Shown: one piece after another, positions 47,271 through 61,740 of the stretch
How positions within the stretch are numbered: position 1 is the stretch's first letter
Layout of the letters: each line of letters starts with the position of its first letter
Made by a program: the position numbers and the translations under genes
The notes under the pieces: model-generated
The model's input: the letters and a program-made list of their open reading frames with translations, nothing else
What the model was told of the DNA's origin: nothing
The model's database searches: none
Assembly (NCBI RefSeq): GCF_009914755.1
Contig: NC_060947.1
Length of the DNA stretch: 64,000 nt
DNA from: the human T2T-CHM13v2.0 reference genome, Homo sapiens
Reading direction: 5' to 3' (one strand)

Positions 47271-47764
47271 TAAAATGACACGACATCTAGAATTTGTGTC
47301 AAAATCACCTTGACATGGGAAGAGGTAGCTGGAAGGTATAGATGTAATAAGACGGATCATGAGCTGGTAATTAACAAAGCATGGTAATGGGTACATGGGA
47401 TTTGGTTTATTATACTATTGTCTCTACTGTGTTTGAAACCTTCCATAATAAGAGGTTATATTTTAAAAGTCACTCACCCAGCAGGAACTTTAAAGGAGCA
47501 GTTCTAGCAACTGTAGGTTGAGCACAGAGTTCTCCCATGGTGTTCCACAACCTACATCTAAACCTCTGCTTGCCATCTCTCTGACACCTCTAACTCAACA
47601 GATCCAAGAGTAAGTCTCTCTCCTCCCCATCAGTGTTGTTTCTTCTCTGCATTCCCTGTCCCTGTGAGAACCAGATACCTGGGAGTTATCCTTATGTCAT
47701 TCACCTGCACTGGAGGCATCTAGGTTCTGCCCAGGGGCAGCCATTCTTCTCAGGTGAACTTTTT

Positions 47765-48030
47765 ATTTGTTCTTTCTTTCTTTTATTCTCCATGATCTCA
47801 GCTCACCACCACCTCCGCCTCCCAGGTTCAAGCAATTCTCCTGCCTCAGCCTCCCGAGTAGCTGGGATTACAGGCACACACGACCACACCTGGCTAATTT
47901 TTATATTTTTAATAGAGGTGGGGTTTCGCCATGTTGTCCAGGCTGGTCTCGAACTCCTGGCCTCAGGTGTTCTGCCTGCCTCAGCCTACCAAAGTGCTGG
48001 GATTACAGCCGTGAACCACCGCACCCAGCC
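47765..48030 (-). mobile_element. AluS, missing ~40 bp next to the tail
   Basis: TSD TCAGGT(G/A)AACTTTTT. Confidence 0.88.
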
Positions 48031-48704
48031 TCAGGTAAACTTTTTCTTTGACAGCTTCTTGCCTTCCCTGCATCCATCTCACACTCCTCAGTACTTTACC
48101 TGAAAACCACTGCAAGGATAGTCATTCTAAAAGAAACACCTCTGCTGGCTTAAAGGCTTCCAATGGCTCCTCGCCAGCTAGAGGACAAAAGCCCAACTCT
48201 TCAGCAAAGTAAGATCTGTTGATCTGATCTCTTTGTGTTTATAAGGTAATGAGATTTCCCTGATATCATCTTGGTGAATTCCGTTCTCACAAAGGACATG
48301 AAATCCATTTTAGAACTAATTAAGGATCTGACTAGTAAGTGGCACAGCCAGGAGGCATGTGACATCCACAGTGACAGTAGGAGATCACTTGAGGCAAGGT
48401 GGCCAGGCAGCCCCTACCAAAAAGCCCGCGTCACTAGCCAGCATCCTCTCAATTCTGTATTTATGCCAAGGTCTACTTGGCTGCCCTCTCAGGAAAGGGA
48501 GCCCAAGGTTCACATATTCATGGCAGCTGCCTGACTACATGGGCAAAATGTGGCCACAAAACAGAATTTTTCTGTGTGAGACTAAATAACCTAGTTAAAG
48601 CTCAAACTCAAATGCAATAAACTGGCCTTCTCCTTAATATCAGAGTGACAGCATCTAAGCAAAAGAATCAAAAGAGATATTAACCATAAAAAGAGGAGAG
48701 ATTG

Positions 48705-49155
<451 letters not shown>

Positions 49156-49234
49156 AATTAAGCCACGAAAAATGATATACTCTGTGGTGGAAATAACAAA
49201 TAGGGACATGAATCACCTTTATTAAAGGTACTCA

Positions 49235-49549
<315 letters not shown>

Positions 49550-50119
49550 CTAGTAAAATACAAGTGGGGAGTGTTGTTTGGAGAATATGTCAGGCACTGA
49601 CAGCAGAGCCCAAGCAAGGCGTTGTGTTCTAGCACCACTGATTATGTTCTTTCTTCCTTCCACATGCCTCTAAGTCACTCAGCCCCAAACTACAGGTTTT
49701 GTTTGCAGAGAAACGAAAAATGTCTTCCTGGTCTCAAAGCACTGATACCTAGTATCAGTGGGGGACAGAACAAAGAGAAATCTAGGATTGGTGATGGTAA
49801 TCAATTCAATGACAACATAAACAATTGGTATCTCACCAGGTTATACATTCAACAAATATTTGTTGAGCAGCTTACCATATGCTAGGCTCTGGGAACATAA
49901 GAGTCAACAACAGGGACAAAAATCCTGCCCTCCCTTCATAGGGCTTACATTCTAGCAGGGGGAAAGATGTTTAAAAATAAGATAAATGCGTTAAATAGTA
50001 TGTTGTAAGTGGTAAGGAGGAAAGGAGCTCAGGCAGTGTCGTGGGATGTGCTGAGGTAGGACAGTGGTACACTATCAGAGAACAAGGAAAGAAGTTCCAC
50101 TGAAAAAGGCACTAAACTC

Positions 50120-50430
50120 GTGGTGACACATGCCTGTCATCCCAGCTACTTAGGAGGCTAAGGCAGGAGGATCACTTGAGCCCAGGAGTTCGAGACCGGC
50201 GTGGGCAACAAAGTGGAACTCTGTCTCTGTAAAAAAAAATACAAAAATTAGCCTGCTGCGGTGGTGCGCACCTGTGGTCCCAGCTACTCAGGAGGCTGAA
50301 GTGGGAGGATTGCTTGAACCCAGGAGGTCAAGGCTGCAGTGAGCTGAGATCACACCACTGCACTCCAGCATGGGTGACAGAGTGAGACTCTGTTCTCAAA
50401 AATAAAAATAAGTTCAGAAAAAAAAATTTA
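50120..50430 (+). mobile_element. AluJ
   Basis: GGATCACTTGAGCCCAGG diagnostic; TSD AAAGG(C/T)ACTAA. Confidence 0.9.
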
Positions 50431-52629
50431 AAGGTACTAAGCTATCATAATACATAATACAACAGGCAGCTGCTCATCTTCTTTTCATTACATTTTCTGC
50501 CAGCAGTTACTTTTTTTGATGTTTTTAAAAACAAATGCCTACACCCATTACCTAAACTAACAAAAAAAGTTCAAAAAATGTTACCTAAAATAACAACAAC
50601 AACAAAAAAAAACCCTACTGTATGTATAAGACTGTGTAAAGCACTAAAGGGGATATGCCAGAAACAGCATACAACAATTGCTATCCTCTGAGAGTTCATA
50701 GCTAACTGAAGGTGAATTCTACAAAAGCAAAAAAGCATCGTAAGGAAATTCCAGCAGCCATTCTTTTAGTTTATACTATAGCAGTGGGGTTCTCAAGGTT
50801 CTCCGGGGAACCATTAGGCAATGTGAGAAGGGAGGGCACCTCAACATCTAGGTGGGTGTTGATGGCACTCTAGAGCAACAGTGCCAACTGCGTTATTACA
50901 TACGCTGATTTTAAATACAGCATGGCACATTCAGGCAGAAATGGCTCAACTGATGAGTGTATTTGTCTCCAGAGAAGACAATGGAATACATTTATCTCCA
51001 GGGAGAAAGGGAGGCCGGTTTTTCAGTTTGCCTTCTAACTTTTGAATTTTGTACTATCATATGTATTATCTTGTCCAACAACTACTTATAAAAGGAGTGA
51101 CTTTTAGGACTGTATTGTAAGAATACATTCAGGACTGAATATAAAGACCTGGAAGCTAGCTGTGCACAAATGATCTCTAAAGCCACACATCAGAGAGCCA
51201 AAGTTATGTGAGCAAGGACTGCCCCTTAGGCACTTCCACATTTAGGTAAACAGAGTGAAAGCAGGGACAAGTGGGAAGACAGAAGGACTGCCATGTGACA
51301 AGAAGAACCGCATTCAGAAATACAACTAAATGCATCATGGAATGTACCTGGAATAGGGAAGTGGACAGTGAGGGCCCCCATAGATTTAGAGGTAAGAGAA
51401 TGAAGGTTCCCTCAGTGTTAGCCAGCAAAATTGTCATATGTTGGATGTAACTGGCAAATTGAGGGAGTAAACCAGATGAGCTGTTTGTATGCCCTTAAGA
51501 GCCTGGGAATCCCCAAACTGCAATGTGACTCACCTGGAATGCACCTGAGATTCGTTTAGGGAAAACCCAGTCCATTCTGTGGAATCTAGTTTGAAAAAAA
51601 TACTGTGGGAAAAAAAAGAGAGAGAGAGAGAGAAGAAAGGCTGACTCCAAAAGTCAGATGATGAGATCATGCATGTAACCACTGATAAAGGAAAGGATAC
51701 AGTGGCTGTTAGTGGGGAGAGGTGGAGTCAAGGCTATTCCAGCAAGGAGATGGACCCATCAGGCTTTTCCAGTCTATTTATGAGCATACCATAACCAATT
51801 GCCTCTGTTCTTCCTCTGTCCTTTCTAAGCAACTTTCTGATGACAACCTGGGGTCCCCTGCTACTTGCCTACTCAGAAAAAAAATGCTCTGCTCAGCCTG
51901 AACATACATTCTGCTCTGCAACAGCCAAATCTCTTATCATAAATTAATCGATTGGCACTCTGGTTTAGCCTCAGGCTCTCTGAGCCTGATTAACGTGAGC
52001 CTGACCCCAAGAGACAGTCACCCAGGCTGCTGACGATTTCAGCTTTTGAGCCAGCAATGGCATTGTCTAGAGTCTGGGCAAATGGAGAAGGCCCCCTGTT
52101 GGGGCCTCTTGCAGCCTGCCAGCAACACCTGTGCCACAGGCCTTACCATCAAACTGCAATAGCATCTGTTTTCCCAGGTCTATTTCATAGCTCACTCCTG
52201 TTATGACAGCCATGGCTCTGTCCTCCACATTTGTTTTAAGGGTGAGCCACTATTTTCTCTTAATCCAATCACTTCATATGGGGTAAAAGTCACTGTTAAA
52301 AGCCAACAGAAAACCGCGTGGCATAAAGCAATCACAAAGATCACAAACATACAGATTCTTCATCATTGAATTGACTGTCCTACTCTGACATAGTTGACTG
52401 AGCACGACACACAGAAAAGAGAGAATCCCTTGTGGCTTAGTGTAAAGAGAGGAAGTAGGCTGTATTTCCTCCTTCCCTGGTCCCATTCCTTCCCTTCTAC
52501 CTCGGAGGCAACTGTCATTCATTTTAGTCTGTATCCAGTCCAGGTTTACTAAATATACATGTCCGCAGATACATAATAAATATTCTTTTGCTCATTTTAA
52601 CTTACATAAATAGTATCATATAGAATTAG

Positions 52630-52889
52630 GAAGCAGGTGTAGCTGCTGGAACAAAGACCAAAATAATGGTGGCTTAGACAAGTTTCTCTTTCCTTCACAG
52701 AAGAGTCAGTGCATAAGTATTCCTGGGATGAAGTGGTGGCTCCCTACTCCTCCCTCACTACCCCTCCCTAATCTTCCTGCTCTACCACCAAGAGGGTGTT
52801 GCCCTCACCATCAGGCCCACGTGTCAGGCAAAGGGAAACGAGAAAACAACCAGGGAAGGCACTCCCTTTAACGGCACAGCCTCTAAATT

Positions 52890-52937
<48 letters not shown>

Positions 52938-53100
52938 CCACTGATATCCTATTGGCCAAGTACTTGGTCATATGATCATATTTGGCTGCAAGAGAGGCAA
53001 GAAAATAAAGTCTTCTTTCTGGGAGGTCATTGAACCTTCTAAAATTCTATTATGAGGAAAAAAATGGAAAGCAGACACTGGGGGACAAGCAGCATTTTCT
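52630..53100 (-). mobile_element. MLT1-type LTR fragment containing (CA)n at 52891-52935
   Basis: AAAATAATGGTGGCTTAGACAAG..CACTTCCACTGATATCCTATTGGCCAAG.ACTTGGTCATATG..GCTGCAAGAGAGG. Confidence 0.65.
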
Positions 53101-53170
53101 GTTGTATTAACTGAATGAATTTTGCTGCATCTCCCTTTTTTAACTCCATATTATGTTTTTTGCAGGTTAC

Positions 53171-53590
53171 TGTGTTAGTCTATTTGCATTTCTATAAACA
53201 AATACCTGAGACTGGGTAATTTATAAAGAAAAGAGGTTTATTTGGCTCATGGTTCTGCAGGCTGTACAGGAAGCACAGTGTCCACATCTGTCTCTGAGGC
53301 GGGCCTCAGGCTGCTTATAACCATGGTGGAAGGCGAAGGGGAGCCAGCATGTCACATGAAGAGAGGGAGCAAGTGAGAGAGTGGGGAGATGCCAGGTTCT
53401 TTAAACAACCAGATCCCACCTGAACTAACAGATCAAGAACTCACTCATTAGTGGCAGGGATGGCACCAAGCCATTTATGAGGGATCCACCCCCATTAATC
53501 AAAACACCTCCAACCAGGCCCACCTCCAACATGAGAGGTCACATTTCAACATGAGATTTGGAGGGGACAAATAATATCCAAACCATATCA
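53171..53590 (-). mobile_element. MSTB-like MaLR solo LTR
   Basis: Minus-strand start TGATATGGTTTGGAT; plus-strand CTGAGACTGGGTAATTTATAAAGAAAAGAGGTTTA; 5-bp TSD GTTAC at 53166-53170 and 53591-53595. Confidence 0.92.
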
Positions 53591-54182
53591 GTTACTCACG
53601 TTGAAACATAAATTCATTCATGTTCACTGCTGTTCAGTTATACATTGTGCACTGAGTCTTGTATAAGGGCTCAGTGACAGATTTGCTTTAGAATTTAAGA
53701 TAAAAATTCTAAATGCAGTGTATTAATATGCCACAGTTTATTAAACCATGTCCCTACTGCTAGACACCTGGGTCTTTTAAATTCACTACATTTACAAAAT
53801 GTTTGAGTCACATCTGGGGAAATGTTAAATTAGTCAAATGCCAAATTAGGTATACTCAGGCTATTTTGTAAAGCCTTTAAGATGCTCTACACAGCAAGCC
53901 ACTTAAAATAGAAAACGACAGTACTGAACTATAGCATACAAGGAGGAAGTAAATTTATGGTCCTCCTAGACTTTTTGTTATTGTAATCAAGCATTACATG
54001 GTGCTCTGAGTTTCTTGATAACTGAAACAAAAAGGAAGCATTGTGTGCTATTTAATTCTCATAATCTGATAAGAGGGAATAACCAGTTAAGAGAAATAAA
54101 TGTTTGCTTAATCCTAAATTCTCAAAGCTGTCAGATGGCCCCTTATCCATGGGTCAATTAGCAAAAAAGGATAACATCTTTA

Positions 54183-54533
<351 letters not shown>

Positions 54534-55568
54534 AGAAAATGCACAAGGCTTCTCCAGGAGAAATATTCTTGGGTGACCTTTAGCAAGCAGAGGACTTAAC
54601 ATTGAAAGTTTTTTCTGCGGAGGGTCAAGTTAGTGCCCTAGGTTCATGTCAACATGCAGGTCCTACCCAGAAGAGAATATCCATGAGGACTGGACCACTC
54701 CAGGAAAGCTGATCTCCTCCAGAACCCGGTGACTTCCCTGTGGTTCGGTACTTTCAGAGACCACACTATTAGTGACTCTAGTATTATTAGGGGATTTTCC
54801 TCTCCCTTCTTAATTAACTCAAGGTTTCAAAACGTTTTGGAGAAGTGAAAAGATACTAGTTATTTCTGTGGGTTTTTTTTTTTCGTGACTGTAAAACACC
54901 CAAATATAGTATCTTCCTTTTCATTTTTACTCACAGTTGGTAGTTATTTTTCCTAAACCACAGTTACAATACTCTACCTCAATATACTATACTCAATGTT
55001 TTCTGCTTCTTCCTACTACTCTAAGTAATGTGCCCCAAACAGAAAAAGTACATTTTAGTATGCTAATAGTTTCAAATCAGTCAGTGTAGTCTAAGAACTA
55101 CTTACTGGGCACCCACTTTGTATTAGGGGTTTTACTTACAATATTATCTCTTAATTTTCACCACAACTTTATGAGGTAGGGATTATTAACACCACTTTAC
55201 AGTTAAAAAAAAAAACTGGATCTTCAAGAGTAAGTAACTGCCCTAAGACCACATAGCTGGTAAACTGTAGAAGTAGGATTCCAACTTGCATACTTCCAAT
55301 TCCAAAGCCAGAGTTCTTTCTGCTATTTCCTGATGTCTCCCAGATGACAAGTAAATTATGGATATTTGGCTCAGCTTTGTAAATAATATACATGCCTACT
55401 ACGTTGAAGCCCCAAACCTCCCCTCAACACAGGATGCTCTATATAATCTGGCCATAATGAAGCCCCTCCCCAAATTTTATTTCCTACTGGACTCTACAAG
55501 GACCTCATCTCCACCCCAATCTAATTTGGCAGGTTTCACTATTGCCTCCATACTTATGGACAACACAT

Positions 55569-55630
55569 ATATTTTTTGAGATCCCCGACAAATATTTTTT
55601 GAGATCCCCGACAAATATTTTTTGAGATCC
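55569..55630. repeat. 23-bp perfect tandem repeat, ~2.7 copies, at the edge of an L2 fragment
   Basis: Unit ATATTTTTTGAGATCCCCGACAA; GAGATCC recurs at 55578, 55601 and 55624. Confidence 0.95.
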
Positions 55631-56627
55631 TACTATGTCCCAGGCACTGTTCTAGTGTTTGGAGATATATGTCAGTGAACGAAACAAATACAAATTCCTG
55701 CTTTTCTGGACTTCGTTATATTTCTAATAAGGGAAGAAACATAAGAAACAAAATAAGTAGATTACATGGTATGTTAGAATACGGTAGGTGCTATGGCTAA
55801 AAATAAGGCAGGGAAAGGGTTAAGGAGTGTAGTGTGGAGTAGAGGATTGTGAGTTTAGAAAGAACCAATAGAAATCCTGGAAAAGAAAAACATGACCTTA
55901 GCATTTTTATTTCATTTTCAAGTTCAACAGCAGACTAGACACAGTAAAGAGAGAACTGGCAAACTAGAAGATAAATTTGTTGAAAGAGATTCATTCATCA
56001 AGCAAATTAATACTTATTGAGCATGTACTATATATCAGACATTGCGCTAGATTAAATTATTCCATCTTGACAAAATTCCTTTCCACTTGGATTATGTTCC
56101 CAGGTTTAATTTCAACTCTTTAAGACCCTACCCAAGCTCCTTACTCACATTGATATCTCATTTCTCTCAATAAGTATCCTAAAAATAATTTTTAAAGAAT
56201 TTTTAAAGTATTTATTTATATCACAGATTAGTCCAGTTCTTAAATTATTCCCTCCCTAACTAGACTGTAAATTCCTTGAGGATCAGACCTATAGGTAAGA
56301 TTTCTTTTCTATTTCACATGTGGAATAGCACAGTAACAGGCATACAGTAGGCATTCAATAAACACTTGACTGATTTGGTATATTTTTGGGTCCCTATAAC
56401 TGAACAGCTTTTTCTTTGTAATGGCTCAGTTACAGTTAGTTCCTGGAAATGGTCACAAAATTGTTAATAACTACATTATGATTCACTGATCCCAAAAATA
56501 TGAGTCCAGTGGTATAAGGTTAAATTCTGAATCTAATCAAATTTTTGCGAATGTGCCCTCATTCTCGGTTAGTTGAAAATGACAAATGTCGCACAGAGTG
56601 TATTTTTCAGTCTTGAGAAGCCTTATA

Positions 56628-56985
56628 CATGCCCTCTGACTTAGAATTGACTTACAATTTTTCCCCTTTAAGATGGTGCAAAAGCGATACACATTCAGTA
56701 GAAACTGAACTTTGAGTATCCATACAACCATTCTGTTTTCACTTTCAGTATGGTATTCAATAAATTATGAGCTATTCAACACTTTATTATGAAACAGGCA
56801 TTGTGTTAGATGATATTGCCCAATTGCAGGCTAATGTAAGTGTTCTGAGCACATTTTCGGTCAGCTGGGCTAAGCTATGATGTTTGGTAGGTAAGGTGCA
56901 TTAAATGCATTTTCAAATTGCAATATTTTAAACTTATGATGGCTTTATCAGGACATAACTCCATCATAAGTCAAGGAACATCTGT
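56628..56985 (-). mobile_element. MER47A-like Tigger-family MITE
   Basis: GATGGTGCAAAAGCGATACACATTCAGTAGAAAC..GGCTAATGTAAGTGTTCTGAGCAC..CATCATAAGTCAAGGAACATCTG|TA. Confidence 0.85.
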
Positions 56986-58367
56986 ACATTACTTAATTTT
57001 ATTTCTGGCAAAAGTCCTTAAGGCAGGCAGTGCACATATAGACAGCCCCTGACTTATAATAGTAATCTTATTTTATAAATCAAGATGTTGAAGTCTAGAG
57101 ATATTAAGTGGTCTGCTCAAGTGAAGATGGGTACTGAAGACTGAAGGAGTGACTCAGACCTGAGACTTCTAGATCCCAGTCCAATGCTCAGATGCATAAA
57201 CCTAGATGCATGATATATCATTAAGGGGATAAGTGGTAAGGTGAGAATTTGCAGGGCCTTAGAGGGCTCTGACTTGGTAAAGATATGCTTATTTTGAGCA
57301 CGCAAATAGAAACCAGCCAGTTTCTTTATTAAAAAGAGAAGAAACAAACATTGATAAACCAAGAAAGGAATCCCTATTGCCTGCCTTAATTCAATAAACA
57401 TTCAGCCACTGGATGCTATGAACCCTGAGACGACTTAGGCAGGATCCTCTTCAGTAAGACCAGAAGCTCTAGCACACAGCACAAATGCTGCAACAGACAC
57501 AGGTGCTACAAAAGCACAGAGGGGAAGGAATTTCCTTGCCCAAGTCTGTTCTCAAATTCCCACTCACTCACCCCCTAAAACACTTTAAATATAGAATCAT
57601 GCAGACTCTATGGCTATCATAAATGTACTGACTCTTCTGGTTTAAAATATCCATTGTAACCATTAGCAAATTGGAGATCTAACTGATTTATACCCAAACA
57701 AGAAGGGACGATTCTGATATCAATAGGCAAATAGTACCCAAGTGGCTTTAAAACCTTATTTGAAGCTATTTTGATCATAATGTGTTTCTTTTTATTTATT
57801 TATTTTTTCCTGTTTCTGATTCTAGTTCCCTGCTGTTTGGGGAAGGGGAAACCACCTTGTACTGAAGTCACTTGGCTTCTGGATAAAGCCAGAACTCTGA
57901 CCAAAACGATAAAGGCTGCCCAGGACAGAAATGAAACAAAAAATCCTAGCCCTACTTCTCCATTGTGGACACCTGGTCTCATGAGTTATGGCAACACGCA
58001 TCCACCAGAATAACCGCATTTTCCTAAAGAAATTGTGAAATAATTGGGAAGGGGGTGTCCCATTCTTGAGTAAGTAATCAGCATTGCAGACAAGAACTAT
58101 GTCATAAAAACCAAAGTTGAAATTGTGTTACATATTCCTGGAAAATACTCAAAAGGTGCTCTGAGTTCTATAAGATGGACAGATACATTATACATACTAA
58201 TTATACCAAAGGTCAGGTGATTAGAAATGCCACATTGTACCACAAAAATCACCCTGATACTTGTGTTAATTTTTCTTGTATTTGTGTAATAAAGTGTTTT
58301 GAAGTTTTTAAGAGAAAATTACTGCACAAGGAGCAGTCATCTTCTTAAATGTCCCAAAAAATACTGA

Positions 58368-58675
<308 letters not shown>

Positions 58676-58723
58676 CCAATCTTTATTCATTTCAGAAACA
58701 TACTTTAAATATTTATCCAACTG

Positions 58724-60447
58724 CAACTTTCAAGGGCTGTGAAAGACCTCTTAAAGGAGAACTACAAACCACTGCTCAATGAAATAAAAGAGGACACAAA
58801 CAAATGGAAGAACATTCCATGCTCATGGATAGGAAGAATCAATATCATGAAAATGGCCATACTGCCCAAGGTAATTCATAGATTCAATGCCACCCCCAAT
58901 CAAGCTACCAATGACTTTCTTCACAGAATTGGAAAAAACTACTTTAAAGTTCATATGAAACCAAAAACGAGCCCACATTGCCAAGACAATCCTAAGCCAA
59001 AAGAACAAAGCTGGAGGCATCACGCTACCTGACTTCAAACTATACTACAAAGCTACAGTAACCAAAACAGCAGGGTACTGGTACCAAAACAGAGATAAAG
59101 ACCAATGGAACAGAACAGAGCCCTCAGAAATAATACCACACATACACAACCATCTGATCTTTGACAAACCTGACGAAAACAAGAAATGGGGAAAGGATTC
59201 CCTATTCAATAAATGGTGCTGGGAAAACTGGCTAGCCATATGTAGAAAGCTGAAACTGGATCCCTTCCTTACACCTTATACAAAAATTAATTCAAGATGG
59301 ATTAAAGACTTAAATGTTAGACCTAAAACCATTAAAACCCTAGAAGAAAACCTAGGCAATACCATTCAGGACACAGGCCTGGGCAAGGACTTCATGTCTA
59401 AAACACCAAAAGCAATGGCAACAAAAGCCAAAATTGACAAATGGGATCTAATTAAACTAAAGAGCTTCTGCACAGCAAAAGAAACCACCATCAGAGTGAA
59501 CAGGCAACCTACAGAATGGGAGAAGATTTTTACAATCTACCTATCTGACAAAGGGCTAATATCCAGAATCTACAAAGAACTTAACAAATTTACAAGAAAA
59601 AATCAAACAACCCCATCAATAAGTGGGTGAAGGATATGAACAGACACTTCTCAAAAGAAGACATTTATGCAGCCAACAGACACATGAAAAAATGCTCATC
59701 ATCACTGGCCATCAGAGAAATGCAAATCAAAACCACAATGAGATACCATGTCACACCAGTTAGAATGGCGATCATTAAAAAGTCAGGAAACATCAGGTGC
59801 TGGAGAGGATGTGGAGAAACAGGAACACTTTTACACTGTTGGTGGGACTGTAAACTAGTTCAACCATTGTGGAAGACAGTGTGGTGATTCCTCAAGGATC
59901 TAGAACTAGATATACCATTTGACCCAGCCATCCCATTACTGGGTATATACCCAAAGGATTATAAATCATGCTGCTATAAAGACACATGCACACATATGTT
60001 TATTGTGGCACTATTCACAATAGCAGACTTGGAGCCAACCCAAATGTCCATCAATGATAGACTGGATTAAGAAAATGTGGCACATATACACCATGGAACA
60101 CTATGCAGCCATAAAAAAGGATGAGTTCCTATCCTTTGTAGGGACATGGATGAAGCTAGAAACCATCATTCTGAGCAAACTATCACAAGGACAGAAAACC
60201 AAACACTGCATATTCTCACTGATAGGTGGGAATTGAACAATGAGAACACTTGGACACAGGGTGGGGAACATCACACACCGGGGCCTGTCGTGGGGTGGGG
60301 GGAGGGGGAAGGGATAGCATTAGGAGATACACCTAACGTAAATGACGAGTTAATGGGTGCGGCACACCAACATGGCACATGTATACATATGTAACAAACC
60401 TGCACATTGTACACATGTACCCTAGAACTTAAAGTATAATAAAAAAA
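58724..60447 (+). mobile_element. 5'-truncated L1PA5-like element (disrupted ORF2 3' part and 3'UTR)
   Basis: Fragmented ORF2 pieces 58739..60236; 3' end CCCTAGAACTTAAAGTATAATAAAA; TSD ATTTATCCAACTG at 58711-58723 and 60448-60460. Confidence 0.93.
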
Positions 60448-61299
60448 ATTTATCCAACTGACTAAAATGGGTTAAACTAAAAACACAAAACCAGTTAATA
60501 TATGAGCATAATAAATAAAATAAATAAAAGAGCACAACAAAAATAATAATTTTAAAAGTTGTTTGAGGAAAACCATAGAAAATAAGCTTAAAACTTTGTG
60601 CTTCTTGCTGACAAGAACAAAATAGAAAACACTAGAACAAACATAGGTTTCCTACTCTAGCTTAAGGTTTGATAACTCAAAAAAATATTTTGTTGGTCTT
60701 GTGCTCTAAGAAGAAACTATCTCAGGGTTTTGTGGAAATTAGGGGGAGGGGGCCACGAAGGTCAATAGCCTTAATAACATTTTTCTCCTAAATGTGAAGG
60801 CATTCCATATATGAGTAGCTCTAAGAGAAAACTAAAGACATAAAGTTAGTTTGGTTCTATAAGGGCAATTCCAGGAGTGAAAGGCTGAAGGGCACAATAA
60901 CATGGTCTAATCTGTCATTTCCTGATGTTTTGACTTAAATTGTTTTTTGAGAAACTAGTAAGTAATATATTCCTTAAGAACATTCCTCTCTCAAATACCA
61001 AAATTTTCAGCCAGCCTTCTGACAAGAACAAGATGAACAACAAACATGATTAAGGTCATTACTGAGGACCTCAATAGCTGGTAACATAAAAGATCTATAG
61101 GCTACATCTTCCAGGTATGTTGGTTGTAATGATACTTGTTATGAAAAAGAAATCAAAGATCTTGACCTGCATATTCTTGTCTGCTGAAGAGAAGTTCTAT
61201 AATCACAAACAAGACTTTCCTCAGAAACTAACTTTGGTTCTAGGACTTGAGCAATTATTTGATTCAAGCATAAAAACTTAGTGCCACTGAGTAGCACCT

Positions 61300-61740
61300 C
61301 ATCACACCCATATCCTGTCCTTTCCCACTCCTGCCAACTCTACTTCTCAAGTATTTTCCTGATCACCCCCTCTTCTCCTTATTATCATTACTCTGGTTCA
61401 AGCTCCCTGACTGGATTTTCTGCAGTCGTTTCTTAACTATCCCCCCTGCTTCTCCCCTGATTCCCCAATCATTCCTTCTCCATCAGCCACCAGACTAATT
61501 TCTCTGAATCACAAATGAGGCTAGTCACGCCATGACCCTGCTTAAAATTATTCAGCAGCTTCATCATCCATGGGAAAAAAAAAAATCCAAGCTCCTTAAC
61601 ATGGCATTCAAGGCCCACAAAGCACTGGCACCTGCCAATTTCACTTCCCACTGCCATCTGCCCCTACACATAAACACTCATATTCAACTCCTCAGAATTC
61701 CCCACATACACCTTGCATCCTCCTCTACCTGGCATTATTG
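61300..61740. mobile_element. L2 fragment
   Basis: CCATGACCCTGCTTAAAA..AAATCCAAGCTCCTTAACATGGCATTCAAGGCCC. Confidence 0.7.

Noticed and set aside
55569-55630. CRISPR-like array (also the 41-bp repeat at 3226)
   Set aside because: Units are contiguous with no spacers, and the context is a primate intron with no cas genes.
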